64,000 nt of DNA from Hamiltosporidium tvaerminnensis FI-OER-3-3 (lineage: Eukaryota; Fungi; Microsporidia): contig CM061251.1 in assembly GCA_022605425.2 (NCBI GenBank), positions 310,001 through 374,000 on the forward strand, in the 5' to 3' direction. Position numbers and translations under genes: made by a program. Positions 14,571 to 25,279 of this stretch are shown one piece after another (position 1 is the stretch's first letter; each line of letters begins with the position of its first letter). Under the pieces are notes generated by a model. The model had not been told where the DNA came from, made no database searches, and saw only the letters and a list, made by a program, of their open reading frames with translations.

Positions 14571-15830
14571 TCATCTAAAACATATACTCTCTCGCTTAAC
14601 ACCCTGTACCTCACTGTCCATAATTCTCCAAAACTTCAAATTCTCATCCGCACCCACACTCGCCAAACAGGTGCCATCCGGAGAAACAGCACACCCCAAA
14701 ACCCTTCCATCATGCTTACCAAACACACTAACCTTCTTCATTTTACTTACTTTCCACACAACAAGCTCATTATCACTAAACCCATGCGCACTGATAATTT
14801 CACGATACTTTGGACTAAAAATCAACCCAAACACCTGGCTTTGACACTGTGTTACTCCCAAACACCCACCACTATTTACATCCCAATACCGTATACTCCT
14901 ATCATTATTGCCACCTCCACTCACCAACATACCACTCTTCCACGGACACCAGTCCATCGCCTTCACTGCTCCATTGTGTCCTACCAACCTATCCCGTACT
15001 CTACAACTACCACTCACCCACACATTTATTATATTGTCGTTACCTCCACTCGCCAAATATCTTTTATCTGTACTCCACTTCAACCCACACACCTCATCCC
15101 CATGCTGTACATTATTTATTATCTTTTTACACCGTAAATCCGTATTATAAATATTTCCATCTTTTGTCCCACACGTAAGCGTATTATTATCAAACCAATC
15201 CATCGTTCCAATTCTAACTCTTCTATTACAATTATTAGAAATTAACTGATTCTTAGAATCTCTATTAAAATTACCAATATTACTACTGTTGCTAATACTA
15301 CTACCAATACAGCTGTTGCTAATACTATTACCAATATTACTACTGTTGCTAGAACTACTAGTACCACTACCAATACTATTACCACTACCAATATTACTAG
15401 AACTTCCTACACTGAGTGTGTGTATTATCTTGTTAGTAGAAATATCTATAAAATATAAATTACCATCACTACTACCAACACATACAGTACCGTTACATCC
15501 CTTGACACTAGAAACATAAGAATCTGTATCCACACAAACCATTTCTTTAACTTTCTTAGTATCTGTATTGTACGTATAAACAGTGTCAGATAATGCAACA
15601 ATAACAGTATTATTGTGCCAGTCAAGAATATTTGTATAAAAATTGTCTGTCACACCAGGTGCATCTAATATTTTGTATGGAGTAGTGTCTATATATCGAG
15701 TGTTTAGACGAGAAGTACGAGTAGAAGAAGATAGTTGTGTTGTACATATTGTAAGGGAGGGTGGTGTGTATCTGTCCGGTTGTTTCTGTTTTGAAGAAGA
15801 TGAAAACGAATTGAGAGGAATGTTGTACAT
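14571..15830 (-). CDS. CDC20: APC/C co-activator Cdc20/Fizzy-family WD40 protein
   Basis: C-box-like DRYTP, KILDAPG..DNFYTNILDW, HGDEVCGLKWS, LASGGNDN, GHNGAVKAMDWCPW, SGGG, GADENLKFW. Cdc20 versus Cdh1 cannot be strictly resolved. Confidence 0.92.
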   Translation of the reverse strand: MYNIPLNSFSSSSKQKQPDRYTPPSLTICTTQLSSSTRTSRLNTRYIDTTPYKILDAPGVTDNFYTNILDWHNNTVIVALSDTVYTYNTDTKKVKEMVCVDTDSYVSSVKGCNGTVCVGSSDGNLYFIDISTNKIIHTLSVGSSSNIGSGNSIGSGTSSSSNSSNIGNSISNSCIGSSISNSSNIGNFNRDSKNQLISNNCNRRVRIGTMDWFDNNTLTCGTKDGNIYNTDLRCKKIINNVQHGDEVCGLKWSTDKRYLASGGNDNIINVWVSGSCRVRDRLVGHNGAVKAMDWCPWKSGMLVSGGGNNDRSIRYWDVNSGGCLGVTQCQSQVFGLIFSPKYREIISAHGFSDNELVVWKVSKMKKVSVFGKHDGRVLGCAVSPDGTCLASVGADENLKFWRIMDSEVQGVKRESICFR

Positions 15831-15889
15831 TTAAGAGTGTGAAGGGTAGACTTATAGGTGTCTTATTTGTATAAAATTATTATAAAATA

Positions 15890-16215
15890 GTTAAAGAGAA
15901 TGAGGGGTCTTAAAGAATAGATAAGAGAATAATTAAAGAGAAGAGTTAAAGATTAGTTAAAGCGAAGAAATAAGAGAATAAGTAAAGAGAAGAGTTAAAG
16001 GGAAGAAATAAGAGGGGGGTCTTAAAAAGAATAGATAAGAGAATAAGTAAAGAGAAGAGTCAAAGGGAATGAGGGATTTTAAAAAAAAGAAATAAGAGAA
16101 TAATTAAAGAGAAGAGTTAAAGAGAAGAGTTAAAAAGAATAGATAAGAGAATAAGTAAAGAGAAGAAATAAGAGAAGAGTTAAAGATTAGTCAACGATTA
16201 GTTAAAGAGAATGGG
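15890..16215. repeat. Purine-rich imperfect tandem repeat upstream of Cdc20
   Basis: Repeated aagagaataagtaaagagaagagttaaag. Confidence 0.8.
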
Positions 16216-16316
16216 GGTGTTAGTAATTAGATATAAATCTAAGAAAGATAAAGTGTAAATTTAAAAAGATAAGAGATAATGCTATATAAATTTTAGTATT
16301 CAACACTTTCTAGTAG

Positions 16317-16400
16317 AATAACCTACTAGTATAATTTAACTGTTAATAATAACCTACTAGTATAATTTAACTGTTAATAATAATTTAACTGTAAATAATA
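16317..16400. repeat. ~30-bp tandem repeat
   Basis: aataacctactagtataatttaactgttaat about 2.5 times. Confidence 0.75.
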
Positions 16401-16619
16401 ATTACCACTTTAATTTTTTCTTTATCTTTCTTAAATATTAAAGATTAGTGATAATAATTAGATTATAAAATGAATTGTTAGATTTTAAAAATAAAAGAAA
16501 TTAAAGTTATAAATTTATTGTGAGATGATAAAGGAATTAAAATTTAATTTTTAATTTATCTTTTACTTTTATGAATTGTGGAGGGAGGATAAATTGTTAG
16601 AGAAGTTTATATTATAATT

Positions 16620-16755
16620 TTATAAATAATAGGGATTATAAATAATAAGGATTATAATTAATAGGGATTATAAATAAACGGGATTATAAATAATAGGGAT
16701 TATAACTAATAGGGATTATAATTAATAGGGATTATAAATAATAGGGATTATAAAT
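16620..16755. repeat. 16-bp minisatellite (tataaataatagggat)n, left half
   Basis: About 8 units; the same array resumes at 20561. Confidence 0.92.
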
Positions 16756-19700
16756 ATGGGTAGAAAGAAAAATGTTAGCAGCGAAATATCGAATAATACC
16801 AAAATAAAGGCTGCAAACGACGCTGATGAGGTGAAAAAGAGTGATAGTGAGATACAAAAATGTAAGCTACACCCACCGGCGATTCCCCTACCTTCCTCCT
16901 CCTACACAACAATAACACCTCCACCACCAAGCCAAACATGCAGTAAAATGCAAAATAGTGGGCTTGACACCTTACCTTCGCCTAATGCACCAGTTCCCTC
17001 TTCGGTTGAAGTCTCTGCGTGCGAGCCATCGTACGACATGACAAGCCCCTGTACTCTAGCTATTCCGGAAGGTAACAGGCTAATGGCATTGCGGACGATA
17101 TTCGATTCCGTAACAGCCGACCCGAAGGAATGGCCTCGAATTGTTTTTTTTGCAGTACAGACAAGGTTTGAAAGAATGCCAAGAAATGGCTGGACAGAGC
17201 TTCACAGGTACTATAATGAGAAATTTGGCTGCACTGAAACTCTCGAAGTGTTAAAAAAATTGGCACAAAGTGAGATGGGAAAGGATGTAAAATCAGAAGA
17301 GAATGGAGAGCGACGTAGAATCGCCACTTGTCTCGCTGATACATGCACCTTGACCGACACCACGGAGTACATAAACCTGAGAGATAAATTCTTGAGTAAA
17401 ATCAAAGAAATCTCTGAGAACGAAATTGGAAAAGTGGTGGTCCGAACTAGAAAACATCCAAATGAATTGGTTGATAGTAAAGTTCTGGATCTCATAAATC
17501 GAATAGTCGGTGAATATGCAGGAGCTCATGTACCTGAGTCAATTACGGAAGCCGCGTATATCATGCAAGCTGCGCAGGTATGCTATGACGAGGCAACACG
17601 TAAAGAGAAGCCTAGATCCGCTTGGAAGGAAAACATAGAAAGTAAAATTTCTAAGTTAGTACTTTCCAAAGATCTCCTCGAGAAAGCTCGTAAGCAGGAA
17701 AAGCTCTCCACTTCGGAAACGAAGAGCCTTAAGAAAATCATGCGAGAGTTTAATTTAAACTTGAGCAGCGTAACTGATCTTTCTGAGGCTTTAGTTAAGA
17801 AGAATGAGTCTTTGAATGTTTACGAGAAAAAAATTACGATGCATGAAAGTAGGAAGCAATTCCGAAAAGAGAATCGTATGTTTGAGCTTTTCCGAGGTCG
17901 ATTTTATCGTGGGTTATCCGAGCGTGTGGAATCCGAGCATGTGGTTAGCCGTGATGAAATTGTGAGTTTTTGGTCTACAATGTGGAACAAAAATGATGAC
18001 ACAGTCACGTACGATGATTATTTGATTCCATTTGTATCAGATAATCATCCGACCACGTTTCCTTCACTTGATGAATTTGTGAATATCATTAATTGGCTCC
18101 CTAATTGGAAAGCTGCTGGAATTGATGGTATTTACAATTTTTTCATTAAGAAACTTACAACTCTTCACAAATATCTTTATGATATTGTGAAAGTTATATG
18201 TTTAGAAGGAACACCTCAAGCTGATTGGTTTTACTGCGGGCTTACGTATTTGATACCGAAAGGAATTCCACGAAGAGGCTCTGACTACAGGCCAATCACT
18301 TGTATGTCCAACCTCTATAAGTTAACGACAAAGTGTGTAACGAAAGTCGTTCAACTCGAAGTGGAAAGGCGAGGGTTGCTTGCAGAGAACCAACTAGGGG
18401 CGGTAAGAGGTGTGCAGGGAGCGAAAGAGCAGGCTCTACTGAATATTGCCTTAAATAAAGAGTATGGAAATAATCTTAAGGCAACATGGATTGATGTAAA
18501 AAAAGCTTATGATTCAATAGATCATGCTTATTTAACTCAATGCATTGAAAACCTTAATTTACCTGATTGGATCCTGAAATTTATTAAGGTAATTATATCA
18601 AAATGGAAAATTGATATATCAGTAGGGCCTGAAAAAATCATGAGCAAGAAGATTGATAGAGGGATTCTACAAGGAGATAGTCTGTCACCTTTGTTATTTG
18701 TGTTGTGTATGGATCCATTAAGCCGAAAGCTTAATGAAAAATACACAAAAGTGACAGTACAAACAGATGCAGAATCCCATTCTACTAATCATCTCTTGTT
18801 TATTGATGATCTTAAGCTCCTTGCAAAAGACAGCTCCACATTGAGTGCTATGACAGGCGAGGCAAAGGAATTTTTAGAGGTGATTGGCTTAGAGATTAAC
18901 AAAGAGAAGTCAGCCACAAATGATACGTGTTGTGAAGATACTGCTACTCTTCTAGAAGGTGTTAGTGTTTACAAATATTTAGGAATAATAGAAGATAGCA
19001 GAGGAATCCCAACACGTAGCTCATTTGAAGAAGTACAGAGCAAACTTATATCAAGAGTTGAAAGACTTTGTCACACTAGATTAAATGCAAAAAATTTATT
19101 TTCTGCAATCAATCAACATGCGATATCGTTAATCAACTACCACATAGGAGTACTTCGACTTGAACCGGCTGACTTCTCTAAGTTAGATGAGGCAGTGCGT
19201 GCGGTGTTGGTTAAAAATAAGATACATCTCCGCCCAGGATGTAAAGAGCGGTTGTATCTTCCTAGAACAGAACTTGGAAGAGGTCTACATAGTGTTGAGT
19301 TGCGAAGCGAACATATGCTTCTGCAACTCTTGGATTGTCTGGAAAAAAGTAAAGAAATATCAACTAGACGAGCAGCAATCCTCAAGGTGGAGAATAATAA
19401 TAAAACCCATCTTGCACTAATAAAAGGCTTCTTAAAAGTAAAGTACAGGTTGGTAGAAGAAGTCACTAAGAAAAGTTTAGAAGAAGCTCAACTTGCAAAA
19501 CTATATAACGAAATAGAAAAACGAAAACTCCATTCAAAGTTATATAATGCAAGGAAAAATGAGCTTGTGAGTGTTAGTGACTCTTCAAGATGGCTAAAGA
19601 GAGGAAATATTAGGCCACGAAATGAAGCTGTGTTCTGCTATATCCAGGATAGAAATGTATTCTGGGGTGCAGATGGTGTGTGTCAACATTGCGGGAAGTC

Positions 19701-20517
19701 TGGTAAGACTGTGGATCATCTAGCAACTAGATGTGAAAAAATGCTAGGCCATGATTACACTAGACGGCATAATGAAGTGGTTAGATGCCTACACCTTCTC
19801 CTTCTAAATAGATATAAGTTTAAGTCTTCAAAACGAATAAGGAGCCACTCAGTTCAAGAAATTCTTGATAATGAGTATGCAGAGATAAGAGTGGACACCA
19901 GAATTAAAACTGATGTTAAAATTCGGAATAACAGACCGGACATATTTATTTTAGATAAGAAGAAGAATAAGATAACACTCATTGAAGTAGGAATCACTTC
20001 CCAAGATTCACTTCAAATAGTTGAAACTGAAAAACTTAGGAAGTATGACCTGCTAGCCAATGAGTTGGGTCTTATTTATAGGTGTAGTGTTGAGATAATC
20101 CCTTATGTGATGACCTGGGACGGTATTGTGACAAAATACCATAAATCTCATCTTAAAAGACTAGAAATACCCATGAATGTAGAAGCATACATTCAGTCTA
20201 TAGTACTTAAAAAGACAGTCGAAACTATTTCCTTTGATCGACGAAGAGGACTTGAGTCAGGACTAAATGCCGAAGAGAGCTGGGAGAGAGCGTCAATGGG
20301 TATTATTATGAGATCAGAGATGCATGAGGAACCAATACCCCCTTTAAAAGAAGCGAAAACAGAGGAAGATGGTGCCAAAAATTTTAAACCAAAATATAAA
20401 GCCCCCTTTATTTTACAAGGAGGAACCACTTTAGAGGAACCGACCAATAACATAAATGAAGAGTCGGATTTGGAAGAAGAGACAAATGTGGTTAAAGAGG
20501 TAGAAGAAAACATATAA
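16756..20517 (+). CDS. Reverse transcriptase + CCHC zinc knuckle + restriction-like (PD-(D/E)xK) endonuclease polyprotein, 1253 aa
   Basis: KAAGIDG, DYRPIT, WIDVKKAYDS, GILQGDSLSPLLF, NHLLFIDDLKL, YKYLG, ERLYLPRTELGRGL, CQHC..DHLATRC, RHNEV, RPDI..IEV. The NHLL.DDLKL and ERLYLPR..GRGL motifs are typical of the R4/Dong/Rex6 group. Confidence 0.95.
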   Translation: MGRKKNVSSEISNNTKIKAANDADEVKKSDSEIQKCKLHPPAIPLPSSSYTTITPPPPSQTCSKMQNSGLDTLPSPNAPVPSSVEVSACEPSYDMTSPCTLAIPEGNRLMALRTIFDSVTADPKEWPRIVFFAVQTRFERMPRNGWTELHRYYNEKFGCTETLEVLKKLAQSEMGKDVKSEENGERRRIATCLADTCTLTDTTEYINLRDKFLSKIKEISENEIGKVVVRTRKHPNELVDSKVLDLINRIVGEYAGAHVPESITEAAYIMQAAQVCYDEATRKEKPRSAWKENIESKISKLVLSKDLLEKARKQEKLSTSETKSLKKIMREFNLNLSSVTDLSEALVKKNESLNVYEKKITMHESRKQFRKENRMFELFRGRFYRGLSERVESEHVVSRDEIVSFWSTMWNKNDDTVTYDDYLIPFVSDNHPTTFPSLDEFVNIINWLPNWKAAGIDGIYNFFIKKLTTLHKYLYDIVKVICLEGTPQADWFYCGLTYLIPKGIPRRGSDYRPITCMSNLYKLTTKCVTKVVQLEVERRGLLAENQLGAVRGVQGAKEQALLNIALNKEYGNNLKATWIDVKKAYDSIDHAYLTQCIENLNLPDWILKFIKVIISKWKIDISVGPEKIMSKKIDRGILQGDSLSPLLFVLCMDPLSRKLNEKYTKVTVQTDAESHSTNHLLFIDDLKLLAKDSSTLSAMTGEAKEFLEVIGLEINKEKSATNDTCCEDTATLLEGVSVYKYLGIIEDSRGIPTRSSFEEVQSKLISRVERLCHTRLNAKNLFSAINQHAISLINYHIGVLRLEPADFSKLDEAVRAVLVKNKIHLRPGCKERLYLPRTELGRGLHSVELRSEHMLLQLLDCLEKSKEISTRRAAILKVENNNKTHLALIKGFLKVKYRLVEEVTKKSLEEAQLAKLYNEIEKRKLHSKLYNARKNELVSVSDSSRWLKRGNIRPRNEAVFCYIQDRNVFWGADGVCQHCGKSGKTVDHLATRCEKMLGHDYTRRHNEVVRCLHLLLLNRYKFKSSKRIRSHSVQEILDNEYAEIRVDTRIKTDVKIRNNRPDIFILDKKKNKITLIEVGITSQDSLQIVETEKLRKYDLLANELGLIYRCSVEIIPYVMTWDGIVTKYHKSHLKRLEIPMNVEAYIQSIVLKKTVETISFDRRRGLESGLNAEESWERASMGIIMRSEMHEEPIPPLKEAKTEEDGAKNFKPKYKAPFILQGGTTLEEPTNNINEESDLEEETNVVKEVEENI

Positions 20518-20563
20518 AAATGTTAAAAATATTTTAACCCAGAATTTTATTAAATAAAAAAAA
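16756..20563 (+). mobile_element. Apparently intact R4-clade non-LTR retrotransposon
   Basis: Single long ORF; short 3' UTR ending tattaaataaaaaaaa; flanked on both sides by the same minisatellite, with aatagggattataaata at 16740-16756 and 20562-20578. Confidence 0.93.
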
Positions 20564-20770
20564 TAGGGATTATAAATAAACGGGATTATAAATAATAGGG
20601 TTTATAACTAATAGGGTTTATAAATAATAGGGATTATAAATAATAGGGGTTATAAATAATAGGGTTTATAACTAATAGGGATTATAAATAATAGGGGTTA
20701 TAAATAATAGGGATTATAAATAATAGGGATTATAATTAATAGGGATTATAAATAATAGGGTTTATAAATT
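20561..20770. repeat. 16-bp minisatellite (tataaataatagggat)n, right half
   Basis: About 13 units with ggg-a/t/g variants. Confidence 0.92.
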
Positions 20771-20959
20771 GTTATAGAAATTTATCTTTTAAATTTCATT
20801 ATTAAAGTATTTATTATATCTCTTTATTAAAATATAAAACATTACATGTGTAAATAAAAAAAATATTAAAAATTAAAAATTATATTAATAAAATTAAAAT
20901 GAGTAGATAGAATAAATAATGAATAAAATATATTTGAATGGAGTATTATATTTATTTTT

Positions 20960-21255
20960 ATTTAAATTTTAAAAGTATTTTGATAGATAAATGAATTTAA
21001 ATTTTAAAATTATTGTGATAGATAAATGAATTTAAATTTTAAAATTATTGTGATAGATAAATGAATTTAAATTTTAAAAGTATTTTGATAGATAAAAGAA
21101 TTTAAATTTTAAAATTATTGTGATAGAAAAGGAATTTAAAATTTAAAATTATTGTGATAGATAAATGAATTTAAATTTTAAAAGTATTTTGATAGAAAAG
21201 GAATTTAAATTTTAAAATTATTTTGATAGAAAATGAATTTAAATTTTAAAATTTT
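20960..21255. repeat. ~34-35-bp minisatellite
   Basis: aaatgaatttaaattttaaaattattgtgataga about 8 times. Confidence 0.88.
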
Positions 21256-21877
21256 ATACGTTTAAATCTTAATTATATTTTTAAATATAAAAAAATTATT
21301 ATAACAAATTATATTAAAGATATTATTTTAAAGCTACTGTATTAATTATTAGAAAAGAGATCTGTGTAATGGTCTGTAATAGATGGGATATTTACTATTT
21401 CTTCATATTCCTAGAAATATTATTGTTTTTATATTTGTTATATTTTTTATTCTTACATTATTGAATTCATGAAAAAATAAAAGAAATAATATTTATATTC
21501 ATTTACAGAGATTTATCTATTACTTACTAGATTTTTATAAAAACATAATTAAATTTGGTGAGTTATATTCAGTTTTGGATGTATAAAATCTAAGAATTTA
21601 TATGTATTTTTTAAGAAATCAATTTATATTTTTACTGTGCCCTTTTTCGTATCTTTTATTTCATGTAAATATTTGGTTTTCTAATTGCTTTATAAGTATA
21701 TCTAGAAAAAATATTTTTTTATAGCTTATTTATGAATAATTTATTCCTTACTTGGTTAATTACAAATTTTATATTTCTCACTGTAAAATAAATTATTTTT
21801 TGTCGTTTAATATCACAAGGATAAATTTATTTATCCTTCTTTTTTTATTTCATTCTACTACTTTAATTTCATTATCT

Positions 21878-23175
21878 TTTTTATTTAATAAAATTCAGGG
21901 TTAAAATATTTTTTACCATTTTTACATGTTTTCTTCTACCTCTTTGACCACTTTTGTCTCTTCTTCCACATCCGATTCTTCATTTATGTTATTGGTCGGT
22001 TCCTCTAAAGTGGTTCCTCCTTGTAAAATAAAGGGGGCTTTATATTTTGGTTTAAAATTTTTGGCACCATCTTCCTCAGTTTTCGCTTCTTTTAAAGGGG
22101 GTATTGGTTCCTCATGCATCTCTGATCTCATAATAACACCCATTGACGCTCTCTCCCAGCTCTCTTCGGCATTTAGTCCTGACTCAAGTCCTCTTCGTCG
22201 ATCAAAGGAAATTTTTTCGACTGTCTTTTTAAGTACTATAGACTGAATGTATGCTTCTACATTCATGGGTATTTCTAGTCTTTTAAGATGAGATTTATGG
22301 TATTTTGTCACAATACCGTCCCAGGTCATCACATAAGGGATTATCTCAACACTACACTTATAAATAAGGCCCAACTCATTGGCTAGCAGGTCATACTTCC
22401 TAAGTTTTTCAGTTTCAACTATTTGAAGTGAACTCTTGGGAAGTGATTCCTACTTCAATGAGTGTTATCTTATTCTTCTTCTTATCTAAAATAAATATGT
22501 CCGGTCTGTTATTCCGAATTTTAACATCAGTTTTAATTCTGGTGTCCACTCTTATCTCTGCATACTCATTATCAAGAATTTCTTGAACTGAGTGGCTCCT
22601 TATTCGTTTTGAAGACTTAAACTTATATCTATTTAGAAGGAGAAGGTGTAGGCATCTAACCACTTCATTATGCCGTCTAGTGTAATCATGGCCTAGCATT
22701 TTTTCACATCTAGTTGCTAGATGATCCACAGTCTTACCAGACTTCCCGCAATGTTGACACACACCATCTGCACCCCAGAATACATTTCTATCCTAGATAT
22801 AGCAGAACACAGCTTCATTTCGTGGCCTAATATTTCCTCTCTTTAGCCATCTTGAAGAGTCACTAACACTCACAAGCTCATTTTTTCTTGCATTATATAA
22901 CTTTGAATGGAGTTTTCGTTTTTCTATTTCGTTATATAGTTTTGCAAGTTGAGCTTCTTCTAAACTTTTCTTAGTGACTTCTTCTACCAACCTGTACTTT
23001 ACTTTTAAGAAGCCTTTTATTAGTGCAAGATGGGTTTTATTATTATTCTCCACCTTGAGGATTGCTGCTCGTCTAGTTGATATTTCTTTACTTTTTTCCA
23101 GACAATCCAAGAGTTGCAGAAGCATATGTTCGCTTCGCAACTCAACACTATGTAGGCCTCTTCCAAGTTCTGTTC
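21878..23175 (-). mobile_element. Young 5'-truncated copy of the R4 element with an 11-bp TSD
   Basis: Near-identical to 19265-20560. TSD tttcattatct at 21867-21877 and 23176-23186. One CAG>TAG stop (22793) and a +1 frameshift near 22430. Confidence 0.95.
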
Positions 23176-23749
23176 TTTCATTATCTAAATTTTATATTTT
23201 TTTATTCATTTGAAAATGTATTTCACTTTTAACTTTAAAATATGAATTATAAATTTTATATGTGAAATATATGGACTAAAAGATATAAAAAGTGTAGGAT
23301 TTGATAAGATATTTCGTAATTAAATATTATTTTGTTAAAAAATAATTAATTAGGATATATAAATGTGTAATGTAAAATCTAAAGTGGTTATTTTATTTTA
23401 TTTTATTTTGTATTAATTAAATTAAATTTAATGTTTTATTATCACACTTTTATCAAAAAAATATAAAAAGTGTATATAAAGTGTATATAAAGTGTATTAA
23501 TAATACAATAGATATAAGAAATTTAAATAAATTATTTTATAAGTATTGATTGTTCAATCGGATATTTAATTGTGGCGAAAACAAAGGTTATGTTTTGTAT
23601 TTTGGTTCAAAAAAAAATTTAAACTTTTATTTTCTCCAAAAATCATCTTTTTAAATTTTTAATTCATATTTTTTTTACTCTAAATCTTTCTTTTTAAACT
23701 ATTTTTATATCACATTTATTTAGTATTTCTTATTCTCTATATCTCCTTT

Positions 23750-23890
23750 CTAAATATTTATCTGTTTATATTTCATATTATTAATATTTCTCTGTTTAAT
23801 ATTTCATATTCAAAATATTTCTCTGTTTAATTTTCATATTCTTGATATTTCTCTGTTTATATTTCATATTCTTAATATTTTTTATTCTCA
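23750..23890. repeat. ~30-bp minisatellite upstream of the SWIB gene
   Basis: atatttctctgtttaatatttcatatt about 4 times. Confidence 0.8.
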
Positions 23891-23949
23891 ATATATCTCC
23901 TTTCTGAATATTTCTTCTTCTTAAAATTTCTCCTTTAAATAACATAAAA

Positions 23950-23961
23950 TACACCCCTTTA
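23950..23961 (+). promoter_or_regulatory. Microsporidian CCC-like start-proximal motif
   Basis: acacccctttaATG. The same motif lies before eIF1A (40429-40431), the 41301 ORF (41292-41295), the 36538 ORF (GGG at 36541-36543) and Cdc20 (GGG at 15844-15846). Confidence 0.7.
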
Positions 23962-25008
23962 ATGATGAATCTTTACAATCATTTGAAAAAAATGGAAAAA
24001 TTAATGGATAACGCTGCACTTAAACGTAAACTTATGATAGAGGATTCACACTGTTCAAGACTAAAATGTATAAAAACACTTCGAATATTTATTTCCATTT
24101 CATTAAATCCTTTTCTTTTAAAAATAGAAGGTAGAGTAATCAACGATTATAAAAATAATGTAACTGTAAAGACATCTGCTCTTTTGAAGAGAATTTATGT
24201 AGAATTTAACAATACTGAACAAAAAAGTGAAGATATAGCAGAAGTAATGGTATATGACAATAAAGATATATTATGTCCTCCTATTTCAGAAATACCGATT
24301 GATCATATAAAAGAAGATATTATTGATTCTTTTGAATGGATACGATCAGATAAACATATTGATGGGTTTGAATTAAAAACTGACAAAACTCCCAATTCTA
24401 TTCAAATTTCTTTTCAATTTGATAATTCTATTAACAAATACAAAGTTTCCCAAAATCTTGCAGAAGTCATAAATCGACACACTGATTCAAAAAGTGAAAT
24501 AATACTTGAAACATGGAAATATATACGATTGAATAGACTTATTGGTAGTAAAGGAAAAGATATTGTGGTTTGTGATGATAAATTAAAAAAATGTTTTGAT
24601 TGTGATACTTTTGACATTTGTCAGTTATCTATGTATGTTGATAGATGTTTACTTCCGTTAGATTATTTAACTATAGATGTTCCTGTGACCAATGGATATA
24701 CCAGAGTATTTGATGTTAGAATGGAATGTGATGATTTGGTAGATTTTCCTATAATTTATACTAATAAGACAATTCTGGCATTGGATAGAAAAATAAATGA
24801 TATATTGGAGTTGATTAAGAAAACGGAAGAAAGAAAAGAATTATTGGAAAAGTTTGCTCAAAATCCTAAAAAGTTTATTGATGAGTGGATTGTATTACAG
24901 TCAAAGGATTTAAATGTTATTGAAGATAATCCAGATTTCCAAACAGATTTTTTTTATCAACCAATCGTACAGGAAACTATCTATTCACTTCTACAAAATT
25001 ATAAATAA
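23962..25008 (+). CDS. SWIB/MDM2-domain SWI/SNF-RSC subunit (BAF60/Snf12/Rsc6-like)
   Basis: TLRIFIS, LKIEGRVI, DGFELK, SWIB core (YKVSQNLAEVI..EIILETWKYIRLNRL..VCDDKLKKCF), FAQNPKKFIDEWIVLQSKDL, FFYQP. Confidence 0.9.
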   Translation: MMNLYNHLKKMEKLMDNAALKRKLMIEDSHCSRLKCIKTLRIFISISLNPFLLKIEGRVINDYKNNVTVKTSALLKRIYVEFNNTEQKSEDIAEVMVYDNKDILCPPISEIPIDHIKEDIIDSFEWIRSDKHIDGFELKTDKTPNSIQISFQFDNSINKYKVSQNLAEVINRHTDSKSEIILETWKYIRLNRLIGSKGKDIVVCDDKLKKCFDCDTFDICQLSMYVDRCLLPLDYLTIDVPVTNGYTRVFDVRMECDDLVDFPIIYTNKTILALDRKINDILELIKKTEERKELLEKFAQNPKKFIDEWIVLQSKDLNVIEDNPDFQTDFFYQPIVQETIYSLLQNYK

Positions 25009-25019
25009 AGTGATTTGTG

Positions 25020-25275
25020 TTTTTTCATTTAAATAATCATTTGTATATTTGCAATATATAAAGCATATTTGTGTTTTTTTTAATTTAAATTATTTTTTAT
25101 TTATATATTTTTAATAAATGAAGCTTATTTCTGTTTTTTTTATTTAAATAAATGTTTAATATTTTTAATATATGAAGCTTATTTCTGTTTTTTTTATTTA
25201 AATAAATAGTTTAATATTTTTAATATATGAAATCTTAGTTCTATTTTTATTTAGTTAAATAAATAGTTTTATATT
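25020..25275. repeat. ~60-bp AT-rich tandem repeat downstream of the SWIB gene
   Basis: Repeated atgaagcttatttctgtttttttt-atttaaataaat. Confidence 0.75.
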
Positions 25276-25279
25276 TTTG

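Noticed and set aside
14542-15834. Six plus-strand ORFs overlapping Cdc20
   Set aside because: Antisense shadows caused by the strong compositional skew of the real CDS.
17060-20513. Minus-strand ORFs inside the R4 ORF, and mirror ORFs at 21926, 22974 and 26600
   Set aside because: Antisense shadows of the RT frame with no motifs.
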